In this document: piece by piece, positions 47,381-57,851 of the stretch
How the letters are laid out: each line of letters begins with the position of its first letter
Position numbering within the stretch: the stretch's first letter is position 1
Source of the DNA: an uncultured Gammaproteobacteria bacterium
GTDB lineage: Bacteria > Patescibacteriota > Patescibacteriia > Patescibacteriales > UBA12465
DNA length: 64,000 nucleotides
Reading direction: 5' to 3'
Assembly (NCBI GenBank): GCA_964517555.1
Contig: CAZFEF010000001.1
Coordinates: forward strand, 56,598 to 120,597
Position numbers and translations under genes: made by a program
The notes under the pieces: model-generated
The model's database searches: none
Told to the model about the DNA's origin: nothing
The model's input: the letters and a program-made list of their open reading frames with translations, nothing else

Positions 47381-49084
47381 TTAATCAAACTTTTTCATAA
47401 AAATATTTATTGCGTCAGCGATAGCCTTTCTTCTATAGACAAGGAAGTCTATATATTTATCTAATTCCCACAAATCCTTATTTGTCGGTATTAATTGCGA
47501 AGTTAATGCATCTTCACCACGTTTTTCAACAACCTCTTTCTCGAGATATTTTATAGGCTCTTTATTAGTAATCTGTCTATTAGTTTTACCACCAATAAAA
47601 GCCATATTAGATATCTCATTGACTTCTTTTTGATCATACATAGCCTTAATTAAAGACTTTGGAAAAATATGGTGATATTGAATAGTGTGCGCCCTTCCAA
47701 CGTGACTATCGGCCAATTTTAAACCAGTCCACCAATCCTTAGCCTCATTCTGTCGCAAAACAAAATATAGCATTGAAAATAAAGGACTTCTGATTCCTTT
47801 AAATGCTAAGTCGTCTGAATCAACAACAAATTTTTTAACGTGCAAATGTAATTGATTAATTAATTCATCTAATCCCTTCTCTTTAAACAGAATAGATAAG
47901 TCAGCATCCAATATAGACTCAGATGAACCCATACTGTAGTGTCCTCTCATATGAGCCAAATAAAACCACTTTAACATTTTCTTCTCATCCTCTGGGCTTA
48001 ATTTATAATCATTTAGAGCTGAATAAAGTGCGATTGGCACTAATAAAAATGGAGAGGAAAGAAATCTAAGACTATCAATGCCGGCATTATTTCTGATAAA
48101 ATTTATAGCAAATTCTAAGCTACCAGTTGCGGTCTTCCACGATTCTTCCAATTTTTGTTTACTTAACTTCCCAACAGTTTTAAATTTACTTTGATGAGTC
48201 GCAAATATTGTTAACATACGAACTGGCAAACCAGTTTCAACAATATAATCCTCATCGCCATCAAACTGACCGGCAAAATTTTCTATAAGATCCATAAAAC
48301 CCTTCCACTTAGAAGTGATTTGGGCTAAGGCCAAATCAGAGCCTCTTAATTTAATGCCCAAGGAGTTAACTCTAACGAAAATTTCGGTAACCTCTTCATA
48401 TGACATTCTTTTTTCTAAAACCTGCATAACATATTGATAGTCTGATATTTTTTTAACTTTTTGTAATCTTTCGGAATATTTATCCCACTTCTCATCATCT
48501 GAATTTATACCAATAGATTTTAATATCTGGTTTTCGGTTTTCTTAAAAATATCAGAAACCAAAACCCAAACTGGATCGTTTTGCAAGGAGCGGCTCGCTA
48601 CTACGAATGTTCTCTTTTTCATATCCTGTTGAATATCCCTCTCTGCGCTCTCTTCATCCTCAACTTCCTCAATATCTGCATTAAAATCGCTCTCATCATC
48701 AACTAAAAGTTCTACTGGTGGGCCATCTGGATGTTCTAAGTTAAAAAGAATATCAATCGGTCTTCTGCGTCCCCTAACCTTAACTGGTTCTCCAGTTAAA
48801 ATAGCTGATAATGAAGTAACTCTTTGTTGTCCATCTAATAATAAGAGCTTCTGTGACGTCGTAGGACTTTTAGTAGCTTCAACCGCCAAACCTCTATCTT
48901 GGATATCTTCATCTGTCTCCCAAACCAAAATTGTTCCAGATGGATATCCTCGATACAGAGAATCTAATAAATCGCGGACTCTAGTAGCTGGCCATACATA
49001 GCGACGCTGCATTTCCGGCAACGTTAATTCATTTCTTAAAACCTTGTCGACTAATTCACGGACTGTTATATCTGTTTTTGGCAT
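47381..49084 (-). CDS. DUF262/DUF1524 (GmrSD-like) restriction protein
   Basis: QRRYVW, LLDSL..YP.G, DGQQR, F.R.NS.G, HHIFP. Confidence 0.88.
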   Translation of the reverse strand: MPKTDITVRELVDKVLRNELTLPEMQRRYVWPATRVRDLLDSLYRGYPSGTILVWETDEDIQDRGLAVEATKSPTTSQKLLLLDGQQRVTSLSAILTGEPVKVRGRRRPIDILFNLEHPDGPPVELLVDDESDFNADIEEVEDEESAERDIQQDMKKRTFVVASRSLQNDPVWVLVSDIFKKTENQILKSIGINSDDEKWDKYSERLQKVKKISDYQYVMQVLEKRMSYEEVTEIFVRVNSLGIKLRGSDLALAQITSKWKGFMDLIENFAGQFDGDEDYIVETGLPVRMLTIFATHQSKFKTVGKLSKQKLEESWKTATGSLEFAINFIRNNAGIDSLRFLSSPFLLVPIALYSALNDYKLSPEDEKKMLKWFYLAHMRGHYSMGSSESILDADLSILFKEKGLDELINQLHLHVKKFVVDSDDLAFKGIRSPLFSMLYFVLRQNEAKDWWTGLKLADSHVGRAHTIQYHHIFPKSLIKAMYDQKEVNEISNMAFIGGKTNRQITNKEPIKYLEKEVVEKRGEDALTSQLIPTNKDLWELDKYIDFLVYRRKAIADAINIFMKKFD

Positions 49085-49103
49085 ATAATATTTAAATTAA
49101 TAA

Positions 49104-49298
49104 TTATTTAATTAAATAAGCTATAAAAATAAAAATAGAAAAAATAATAAACCAAATAATAACTTTGCTAATTTTTTTAGCTATTCCATCTTTTACGTGC
49201 CCACCGACTGACTTCCAAAAATTTTTTGAAGAAATTATAGAGATGCCCCATATTACAAGTAAAACTATTACGATTGAAATTAATATTTGTTTTAACAT
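49104..49298 (-). CDS. Small two-TM protein
   Basis: 64 aa with two hydrophobic segments, inside the defence gene run. Confidence 0.6.
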   Translation of the reverse strand: MLKQILISIVIVLLVIWGISIISSKNFWKSVGGHVKDGIAKKISKVIIWFIIFSIFIFIAYLIK

Positions 49299-49303
49299 AA
49301 TTT

Positions 49304-50035
49304 TTAATTATTGTCTTTCTTACCAAAATTTAAAGTGGTAATATTTAAATATTGATATAAAAAATCTTCAGTCTTCTCAAGTATTTCATTGGTCGCCCCT
49401 TCAATTTGTGGAAAGTTTCTAGTTGAAGTTTCAATCCAAAATATCTTACCTTTTTCGAAAGACTCGTCCCGCTGCTTTTCAAAAGAATCTATTGCATATT
49501 GTGTTAATTGGCCCCTGATTGGATTGGTCTCCAACAGCATAGTCTCCGCCATCTCCATATTAATAACGTTAGTATCCACAAATCTATCATTCCCGTGCCT
49601 ATGAGTCCCACGGTGGGTGGACACACCCTTAAAAACTTTGAATATTTGATCGTTTACAAATTTTAATGCTTTAGAAACTTCTTCTTTATTTTTTGCAATC
49701 CGTTTTAAGTCATTCTTAAGACAGCCAATATAATTGGTGAGTTTATTTTTTAATGTCTCAACATCTTCAAGGTATGCGTGAATATGATGCTCTAATGCCT
49801 CACGATTTTTTATATTTTTCGATAAGGGATAAAACTCTAAAAAATATACTTCATATCTAGATATTTTATTAAGAAACCATTTTATGGAGCTAATTATTCT
49901 AAAATATTTATCAACCGAATCTTTCTCAAAATCTTTACTAAATATAATTTTATTTTTATAGTCGGCCTCAAAAAATTCTGGATGAGAATAACTGAGCAAG
50001 TCGTTTAAAATTTTATCAATCTCTTTATTACCCAT
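49304..50035 (-). CDS. Putative HEPN-family protein (Cthe_2314-like)
   Basis: Helical protein with an RxxxxH motif (RGTHRH), downstream of hsdR. Confidence 0.55.
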   Translation of the reverse strand: MGNKEIDKILNDLLSYSHPEFFEADYKNKIIFSKDFEKDSVDKYFRIISSIKWFLNKISRYEVYFLEFYPLSKNIKNREALEHHIHAYLEDVETLKNKLTNYIGCLKNDLKRIAKNKEEVSKALKFVNDQIFKVFKGVSTHRGTHRHGNDRFVDTNVINMEMAETMLLETNPIRGQLTQYAIDSFEKQRDESFEKGKIFWIETSTRNFPQIEGATNEILEKTEDFLYQYLNITTLNFGKKDNN

Positions 50036-50083
50036 AACTATTTATTACAAAACTTATTAATTACCTTTCTCATTTTCGACAGT

Positions 50084-53047
50084 CTATTCTTCTCTTAACG
50101 CCAGAACCTTATCAACTACAAATCGCAACATTTTCTTTTCAATATATTCGTTTAACTCTTTATTGTTTGCGAGAGTTTCGTAAAGTTTTTTATCGGTATC
50201 ATATTTATCAAAAACTTTATTTTCAAACGGTTTATGAAACCATCTACCGACCGCCTGCATAGAACTGTTGTTATAAACAACGTTTTGAGCTTCTTCATCA
50301 CTCACCAACTCTTCGCCAATAGAATTAAGGGTTTTTTGTTGATCCTCTCCAAAATCTAAACCCCAGTGCTTATTAACATCACCAATTATCTGTGAAATAA
50401 GATCCTCTGTTTCTTCAAAAGGAACCCCGGGAACTATCTCGTCCTGGTGGACATCGCCAGTTTCCGGTGAAAGAGTAATACTTGATTGAAGTTTGCGAAC
50501 TACACGCACCGAATCCATATCAACATATTTTAAAATTTCGATAAGCGGCTTCTTAGGATCCTTAGGCATTTTTTTCAGAAGATATTTCAATAAAAGATAT
50601 AGCTTCTCGTGAGAGACCTCTGAATAGCCAACAACCTGAGCGAGATATGGATAGCGCTTTGTGTAAACATTGCCAATCGAAAGGAATTCTCCATACTTAT
50701 CCTCAACTATTACATCGCCATTACTTTTGTGAGGTAACTCGGCAATAATTTGTTTGGCAATTTTATCCAAAAAGGCGTTAGCATTTTGATGTATCTCTTC
50801 AGCATTTGGATCAATCAAGGCAACAAAACCATCAAGCACTTCATCACTAAAATTATAAACAGCGAAAAGCGCTTGCCGCAAATCATTAAGCGCATTTATA
50901 TCCGTCCCCTCAGAAATTATTGTGCTGGTATAATAAGGTTCAAATGCTTGTTTAATATCATCCACCTCATTTACAAAATCAAGAACATATACCTGGTCTT
51001 TATCTCGTGCGGTCCGATTTAGACGAGAAAGGGTTTGAACTGCCTGCACGCCAGACAAATGCTTATCTACATACATCGCACATAAAAATGGTTCATCGAA
51101 TCCAGTTTGATATTTTTCGGCTACGATTAAAAAACGATACTCAGCTTTTTTAAATTCTTTGGCAGTATTATCTTCAGGAATTCCTTCGTTAATAGAGGTT
51201 TCAGTATATGACACGCCATCTATCTCGATTGAATCAGTAAATGCCGCCAATGTTTTATGAGTATAATTATGCTCGCGCAAATAATGATCTAAAGCTAACT
51301 TATATCTAACAGCAGCTTCTCGTGACGAGGTCACAATCATTGCTTTAGATTCTCCCCGCAATAAGTCCTTAACCGTCTTCTCAAAATGTGCCATAATTAC
51401 TTCTATTTTCTGGTTTAAAGTAGTTTCGTGAAAATTGACGTGCCGCAAGATAGCAGACAATGCCCGTGCGCGCGGAACAGTCGGATCTTCGGCTGCTTTT
51501 TTCAAAAGTTTAAAATAAGTTTTATAGGTAGTATAATTTGATAGGACATCAAGAATAAATTTCTCTTCAGTCGCCTGCTTCATAGAATATAAACTGAAAG
51601 GTTGGAAGGAACCATCTGGTTGTTTTTCGCCAAATCGTTCTAAGGTTTCGTGCCTAGGTGTTGCTGTAAAAGCAAAATAACTTATATTACTTGGCTGTTG
51701 ACGACTTTCTACTTGTTGGACAAGCCAATTTTCAACATCTTCTACGCCAAGTCGATCCTGCACTGCTCGCGTAAGTTCACCTGACTGAGAAGAGTGTGCT
51801 TCATCTACAATGAGTGCAAACTTTTTTGCAGAGAGTTTATTAACCAACCCATTTACAAACGGAAATTTATGAATGGTGGAAGTAATTATCTGCGCATCAC
51901 CCTCAAGTGCATCTTTTAAACGCACGCCGTCTTCGCCGGCCGGGACAAATATTCCCGACACCGGTGATAATGCTCGAATAATTTCTCGCAACATTTTATC
52001 TAATACACGACGATCAGTTAAAACAATTACTGCGTCATACACTCTTTCATTTTTTTCATCAAAAAGATTAATTAAGCGATGCGCTAACCAGGCGATAGTT
52101 AAACTTTTACCACTGCCAGCGCTATGTTGAATAAGATAGTTCTTCCCAGCATTATGTTCTTGCGAAGCTAAAAGTAAATCTAAGACAGTCCGCCATTGCT
52201 GGTAACGTGGGAAGAGTTGAATTGGTTGTTTATATTCCCTGCCTAAACGATCCTCACGAACTTCATCATAGGCGTGAACAAAAAACTGCAATAAATCAGC
52301 TAATGAATCTGGCGCCCAAAGATTTTCCCAAATATAGTGGGTTTTGTGCTTACCTTCTATGGGCGGATTACCAGCGCCTAATTCAAATCCTTTGTTGAAT
52401 GGCAAGAAAAAAGTGCGCTCGTTTTTTAACTCAGTAGTAACAAAAGCCTCGCTTGTATCCATAGCAAAATGCGCCACGCAACGCTTGAATGCAAAAAGTT
52501 TTTCACGGGGATCACGATCATTTTGATATTGGCGAATGGCGTGATAAACGTTTTGACCGGTTAACTCATTCTTCAATTCGGCAGTAATAACTGGGATACC
52601 ATTTATAAAAAGCACAGCATCGATAGATTGCTCCGTTGTTTGTGAAAATTTTACTTGGCGAGTAATAGAAAAAATATTTTCATTATACACTCGCTCAACA
52701 TCTTGATTTTCAGCATTTACAGGACGGAAATAAATAAGATCAAATTTAACAGGCCCATCTTCAACCCCCTTGCGCAAGCAATCTATAATTCCACGTCTAC
52801 CAATTTCCTCATCAATCCGACGAACTAATCGTGACTCAAAATCATCGCCAGATATTTTTTGAAGCTTAGAAAGTTTTTCACCCTGAGTGGCACTCAAAAA
52901 TTCAAAGAGAAGTTCTGCATCAAAAGTAGTTATCTTATCATAGTCCTTCTCGGCATTTCGCTTACGAAAACCGTGCAGGCGGGCAAGCTCTTTTTCAATA
53001 TGTTTTTCAAATTCAATCTCTTTCAAATTTTGATGAATGTTTGGCAT
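50084..53047 (-). CDS. hsdR: Type I restriction endonuclease R subunit
   Basis: D..LFING.P...ELK, GSGKS, DEAH, FTATP, TGFDEP, QTLSRLNR. Confidence 0.95.
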   Translation of the reverse strand: MPNIHQNLKEIEFEKHIEKELARLHGFRKRNAEKDYDKITTFDAELLFEFLSATQGEKLSKLQKISGDDFESRLVRRIDEEIGRRGIIDCLRKGVEDGPVKFDLIYFRPVNAENQDVERVYNENIFSITRQVKFSQTTEQSIDAVLFINGIPVITAELKNELTGQNVYHAIRQYQNDRDPREKLFAFKRCVAHFAMDTSEAFVTTELKNERTFFLPFNKGFELGAGNPPIEGKHKTHYIWENLWAPDSLADLLQFFVHAYDEVREDRLGREYKQPIQLFPRYQQWRTVLDLLLASQEHNAGKNYLIQHSAGSGKSLTIAWLAHRLINLFDEKNERVYDAVIVLTDRRVLDKMLREIIRALSPVSGIFVPAGEDGVRLKDALEGDAQIITSTIHKFPFVNGLVNKLSAKKFALIVDEAHSSQSGELTRAVQDRLGVEDVENWLVQQVESRQQPSNISYFAFTATPRHETLERFGEKQPDGSFQPFSLYSMKQATEEKFILDVLSNYTTYKTYFKLLKKAAEDPTVPRARALSAILRHVNFHETTLNQKIEVIMAHFEKTVKDLLRGESKAMIVTSSREAAVRYKLALDHYLREHNYTHKTLAAFTDSIEIDGVSYTETSINEGIPEDNTAKEFKKAEYRFLIVAEKYQTGFDEPFLCAMYVDKHLSGVQAVQTLSRLNRTARDKDQVYVLDFVNEVDDIKQAFEPYYTSTIISEGTDINALNDLRQALFAVYNFSDEVLDGFVALIDPNAEEIHQNANAFLDKIAKQIIAELPHKSNGDVIVEDKYGEFLSIGNVYTKRYPYLAQVVGYSEVSHEKLYLLLKYLLKKMPKDPKKPLIEILKYVDMDSVRVVRKLQSSITLSPETGDVHQDEIVPGVPFEETEDLISQIIGDVNKHWGLDFGEDQQKTLNSIGEELVSDEEAQNVVYNNSSMQAVGRWFHKPFENKVFDKYDTDKKLYETLANNKELNEYIEKKMLRFVVDKVLALREE

Positions 53048-53051
53048 AATT

Positions 53052-54311
53052 TTATATTTTAATTTTACCCGTCACCGCAGAATAGATAAGCGACGAGCGA
53101 TATTCTTTTAGTTGATTAGTCTGTGAATTAATAAGTATAATGGCTTTATCTATTTTATCCGTCTCTACATCTAAATAGCCTGAAATCAATTCTTGCTCCT
53201 GTATGCCTGGAACTTGCACAGAGAGAGAAAGTAGATCCCACTGATTAAGAGTTGATCGCACGCCCATTCCCAAAAAATTAAAAATACCCTGTAAATATAA
53301 CGAATAGTATGCCCAATAAAAATATTTGGATATTAACTTTGAATTAGGAACTATACGCAAATAAGCTGAACTCATAATTCCTTTTTCAGGCACTATGCCG
53401 ACACGACTTGTTTGACGATTTTCAAGATCTATTAATTTAAACACTAAATCATCTTTATAAAAAATTTGATAACTTGCATAATCGGCTGGGACTAAACTTC
53501 TAGCCTCGTAGTCCTCCTTATTAATAACACCCCTGAGAGTTAAAGCTAAAATATGATCGCATTGATATTTATCATTAAGTTCTTTTTTATATCTAAATAT
53601 AAATTTTCCTCGACGCATCTCCCATTTACTAGGAATACCGCCCACCCAATCAACATTAGAAGATTTCATTTCAACTTTTGAATCGAGACCCCTGGTAACA
53701 GCACTAATAATAATCGCGGCACGTTTTTCACGCAATAAATCAACCATTTTTTCTTTCTTTGCAATCAACTCGTCAATAATTCTTGTTTTCTTATCTAGAA
53801 AATCAGCGATTTGCTGTTGGCTCTCAATGGGAGGGACAAGAATCGGAAAATTTAAAAGAATCTCGTCTTTTAATACCCAACGATGGTCAACTGAAACACC
53901 TTGGCCAAAAGGAAAAAATATCTCATTTAAATAATGCCATTGAAAAAAATATTTATAGTATTTTAAAAATAAAACTGCCTTTTCTTTTTTACGAATCGTA
54001 GTATACGCCAAACTAATAACACCATCAAAAATAGAGAGATCTACCGCTCCAGTGCGAAGATCCATAGGATTAAAAACTATATCGTCTTTTCTGATACGAG
54101 TATAACTTTCATAAGTCTCTGCTATTTGACCTTCATTATTAGATATATCTCTAATTTTAATCCCCTTTTGAGTCAAGGAGAGCACTGGAAGATCTTCGCC
54201 TGAATTTTTTTCTTTAGATATTTCAAATAAATTTTTAATACGAAGCAGCTCCCAATTTTTAGGAGTATTGTTTAACCAACTAATTTTAGATAAATTTACA
54301 ATATCTTTCAT
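53052..54311 (-). CDS. hsdS: Type I RM specificity subunit
   Basis: Two TRDs, PP...QQQIADFLD, SAVTGKI. Confidence 0.92.
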   Translation of the reverse strand: MKDIVNLSKISWLNNTPKNWELLRIKNLFEISKEKNSGEDLPVLSLTQKGIKIRDISNNEGQIAETYESYTRIRKDDIVFNPMDLRTGAVDLSIFDGVISLAYTTIRKKEKAVLFLKYYKYFFQWHYLNEIFFPFGQGVSVDHRWVLKDEILLNFPILVPPIESQQQIADFLDKKTRIIDELIAKKEKMVDLLREKRAAIIISAVTRGLDSKVEMKSSNVDWVGGIPSKWEMRRGKFIFRYKKELNDKYQCDHILALTLRGVINKEDYEARSLVPADYASYQIFYKDDLVFKLIDLENRQTSRVGIVPEKGIMSSAYLRIVPNSKLISKYFYWAYYSLYLQGIFNFLGMGVRSTLNQWDLLSLSVQVPGIQEQELISGYLDVETDKIDKAIILINSQTNQLKEYRSSLIYSAVTGKIKI

Positions 54312-56347
54312 AATTTTTTAAGATTAGAAAGAATTTCTTCCTCTATTTTTTTAATATCTATCTCTATTTCATCGAATTTACGCGGTTCTCGGTATTCATA
54401 GAAAAATCTCGTGAAAGGAATTTCATAACCAATAACACCAACACCTTGGTCTTTTCCGTCACAAACACTTTCATCTACCCAAGCATCTGGTGCATAAGGT
54501 TTTACTTCTTTTTCAAAGTATTTGTTTATATCCATCCCCCACGGCACACGTTCATAATCCTTAAGCTCGTTATCGGCCTCTTGTTTTCCATTCTCATCCA
54601 AACAAATCTCGCCCTCTTCATCGCGCTCACCAATTTGCTGCCAAACAATTTTAGCAATTCTTTTAGTAGTTTTAAGATTTCTTTTTTTGAGTTCACTTTC
54701 TAATTTTTCTAAAAAATCAACCCGTGAAATAATTATTTCCCCTTGTATGCTTTCCAGTATTTCATAAATAGCGGCGCGAAGCTCCTGCCATAATTTATTT
54801 TCCTCATCGCCTTTTTCACCTTTTTTCTTACTCGGCACGTCATTTAAGAAATCCTTATGATTTTTCAACCGTTCTAAAGTTTTACTATTGATTTCAAATT
54901 TAAGACGAAGCGGGCGCTGAATCGTAATCTGCCGATAAGCAAAATCGGTTGTGTTAAATATTTTTACCTGTTCAGTATTTTTATTTTCAATATAATGCTC
55001 TAAAATTTCCTGCGCATTTTCATCAGTTATTTCATAGCGCTTCTCTCCAAGATTTTTTCGCAGCTGTGTGCGAATATTACGTGCATCAACTAGCATCACT
55101 TTGTTTTTTCGATCAACAGGTTTTTGTGTTGAAAATATCCAAATATACGTAGAGATTCCGGTATTAAAAAATAATTTTTCAGGAAGAGCAACAATCGCAT
55201 CTAATAAATCATTTTCTAAAATCCAGCGACGTATTTCACTCTCACCACTGCCGGCATCACCGGTAAAGAGTGGTGAACCATTAAAAATAACAGCTGCTTC
55301 ACCTCCACCTTCTTCTTTTGTTTTTAATTTAGAAATAATATGTTGCATAAACAAAAACTGCGCATCGGAAATCCTAGGTAACCCAGCGCCAAATCTGCCA
55401 GAGAATCCTCGTTCTGCCTCACTCGCAACTGCAGTTTTATCCTTTTCCCAACTCACCCCAAAAGGAGGATTGGAAAGAACGTAGTCAAACCTCTGCCCTT
55501 GATGTTGATCGTTAGACAGCGTGCTTGCCTTGGTGTGCTCCTTGTCACCGCCCTTAATTGAGTCAATATCCTCGCCCTTAAGCAGCATATCTGCCTTACA
55601 GACCGCGTAAGTAGTTGAATTAAGCTCTTGGCCATAAAGAAAAATCTTAGCATCCTTGTTAAAGTGAGTCTGAATATAGTCCTTACTTACGGTGAGCATT
55701 CCACCAGTGCCGCAAGCTGGATCATAAATCTCTTTAATCGCGCCCGGTTTAGCTAACTCCTTCTCTTTACCAGTAAAAAGCAAGGATGTCATAAGACGCA
55801 CCACGTCGCGTGGAGTATAGTGCTCTCCGGCTGTTTCATTAGATTGTTCAGCAAAGCGACGAATAAGATCTTCAAAGGCAAGGCCGATAATATGGTTTTC
55901 TACTTGGTCAGGATGAAGATTTATTTTATTAAACTCTTTTAGCGCAAGATAAAGCAATTCTGACTCGTGCAATTTATCTAAAATCCTATCAAATTCAAAT
56001 TTAGCAAAAATTTCTTTAACATTATCGGAAAAACCATCGATATATTTGCGTAAATTAGGCGCGGCTTGCGTCGGCGCTTCTAAAAGCTTTTTGAAAGTAT
56101 AGGGTGAAGTATTATAAAAATTATATCCGGTTGTGCGATAAAGAATGTTGAGATTTTTAACGCGACCATCGAGCTCATTAAACCGCTCCAGGGTTTTTTG
56201 TTTTGTTGGTTCAAGGGCGTCGTCCAATCTCTTAAGGACAGTCAGGGGCAAAATAACATCCTGATAATCTTGAGCCTTAAAAGTGCCTTGCAGATGGTTC
56301 GCAATATTCCAAATCGTATTAGATATTTCTCGATAATTTGTTAACAT
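54308..56347 (-). CDS. hsdM: Type I RM methyltransferase
   Basis: GEHYTPR, YDPACGTGGML, NPPF. Confidence 0.95.
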   Translation of the reverse strand: MLTNYREISNTIWNIANHLQGTFKAQDYQDVILPLTVLKRLDDALEPTKQKTLERFNELDGRVKNLNILYRTTGYNFYNTSPYTFKKLLEAPTQAAPNLRKYIDGFSDNVKEIFAKFEFDRILDKLHESELLYLALKEFNKINLHPDQVENHIIGLAFEDLIRRFAEQSNETAGEHYTPRDVVRLMTSLLFTGKEKELAKPGAIKEIYDPACGTGGMLTVSKDYIQTHFNKDAKIFLYGQELNSTTYAVCKADMLLKGEDIDSIKGGDKEHTKASTLSNDQHQGQRFDYVLSNPPFGVSWEKDKTAVASEAERGFSGRFGAGLPRISDAQFLFMQHIISKLKTKEEGGGEAAVIFNGSPLFTGDAGSGESEIRRWILENDLLDAIVALPEKLFFNTGISTYIWIFSTQKPVDRKNKVMLVDARNIRTQLRKNLGEKRYEITDENAQEILEHYIENKNTEQVKIFNTTDFAYRQITIQRPLRLKFEINSKTLERLKNHKDFLNDVPSKKKGEKGDEENKLWQELRAAIYEILESIQGEIIISRVDFLEKLESELKKRNLKTTKRIAKIVWQQIGERDEEGEICLDENGKQEADNELKDYERVPWGMDINKYFEKEVKPYAPDAWVDESVCDGKDQGVGVIGYEIPFTRFFYEYREPRKFDEIEIDIKKIEEEILSNLKKL

Positions 56348-56515
56348 TTTTTTATTTCATTAAATAATTATAAATAATAGTCGAATAATCCATAAAACTA
56401 CTAAAAAACTAAAAAATAAGGTAGTTTTTCTACATAAATGCTTGATTTTTTAGCTATTCCAGGCTAACATCAGTATATAATATTAGTATTAAAATTACAA
56501 TTAATATCCAATTAT

Positions 56516-57250
56516 ATGGCGAATTTTGATCTTCAAGAGAAGATCCGGTCAGTGATTGACCTTATTAGACTAAAATTAGCTAACCTAGACGAGAATGATC
56601 TTAATAAAGACGAGATTTTCTTAGGTTTTGCCGCCGGAGATTTAACTGATTGTGGTCTTAGCCAATCTAATTTATATAAAGTCTTAAATTACTTAAAGAA
56701 AGCTGAAATTATAAAAAATATTGAAGTTAACGACACGGAAAAAATTGAAGCCCCGAACAATGATAATCCAGAACACTGGCGCCAATTATATAAAAAACTG
56801 TACCCCGCCATATATTATATAAAAATAGACAAGAATTTTAATGAGCTCTCCAAAATATATCTTAATAATCCAAAAAAATTGCTGTTAAACAATCCGGAAT
56901 TAAAAACTAGTATAAACAGTCTAACAATTGTTGCACCCAAACCCATCTCCCAATATTGTAGTTTTAAATTAATTATAAATTCAAATTATAATAAACCCAT
57001 AAAAGTTAGCCGAAAAACAAAATCTTGGAATTTTCTTTTTAACGTGGCAGAAAAAAAGCCGATGGAATCTGAGGCAAATAAAAGCTATTCCGATTATATA
57101 AACGGTAGCAGAAACTTAATAGTGCAAAAAGGATATCAACAAACCAAAATATTGGCGACTGAGAGTCGGTATGTTGTGCCGAATATTGAGATAAAAATAA
57201 TAACTGAAAAAGCTTACAAGATTCATCTTAATAAACAAGGCAAAGCTTAA
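56516..57250 (+). CDS. Hypothetical protein (possible DNA-binding regulator of the element)
   Basis: 244-aa ORF divergent from hsdM, followed by terminator AACCGCTA/TAGCGGTT (57280-57303). Confidence 0.6.
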   Translation: MANFDLQEKIRSVIDLIRLKLANLDENDLNKDEIFLGFAAGDLTDCGLSQSNLYKVLNYLKKAEIIKNIEVNDTEKIEAPNNDNPEHWRQLYKKLYPAIYYIKIDKNFNELSKIYLNNPKKLLLNNPELKTSINSLTIVAPKPISQYCSFKLIINSNYNKPIKVSRKTKSWNFLFNVAEKKPMESEANKSYSDYINGSRNLIVQKGYQQTKILATESRYVVPNIEIKIITEKAYKIHLNKQGKA

Positions 57251-57416
57251 AAAAACTTAAAAAGTTGATAAGTATAATTAACCGCTAAATTAGCGGTTTT
57301 TTTATATGGAATTAATAAATTTTCAGCATTATTACAACTAGCATTCCTTGCAATAATAAAATGAGAAATTTCTTAAGGCCAATGCATTGGTAATCTAAAA
57401 AATTAAATTAAAATTT

Positions 57417-57692
57417 ATGATTATCAACAAATTCGAAACAAACCGAGACGAAAATCGGACAGAGCTTTTTATTACTCAAGATTTAAATTTAGCCACCTGT
57501 CTAATATCACTAGACTACGAACTGCGAAGTATAGACAAAACTAACCCGCAAAAAAATCAATTTTTATTTCAACGCTACCCAGGCCTTGAAATAGCTATTG
57601 AACATTATTGGAACGACAACTTAAAAATTAATGCCCGAACCCTTTTTGATAACCAGCGATTATTAAAAAACCGGATCTATGCGGCTGAATAA
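57417..57692 (+). CDS. DUF5659-like small protein
   Basis: T.DL.LA..L, F.F, YW, LKNRIY pattern typical of small proteins next to phage-like primases. Confidence 0.7.
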   Translation: MIINKFETNRDENRTELFITQDLNLATCLISLDYELRSIDKTNPQKNQFLFQRYPGLEIAIEHYWNDNLKINARTLFDNQRLLKNRIYAAE

Positions 57693-57693
57693 T

Positions 57694-57846
57694 ATGATCA
57701 GCGAAGAGGAATTAATTAAGTTTCAAGAGTTGTATAAAAACCGCTTTAATAAAGAAATATCTCGCAACAAGGCTTTAGAGTCTGGACTAAAACTTATTAG
57801 TTTGCTCCAAGCAATTCTAAAACCAATTAATAAAAATAAAAATTAA
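57694..57846 (+). CDS. Small helical protein (50 aa, not in ORF track)
   Basis: MISEEELIKFQELYKNRFNKEISRNKALESGLKLISLLQAILKPINKNKN; fills the gap between the DUF5659-like gene and the primase. Confidence 0.7.
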   Translation: MISEEELIKFQELYKNRFNKEISRNKALESGLKLISLLQAILKPINKNKN

Positions 57847-57851
57847 ATCAT

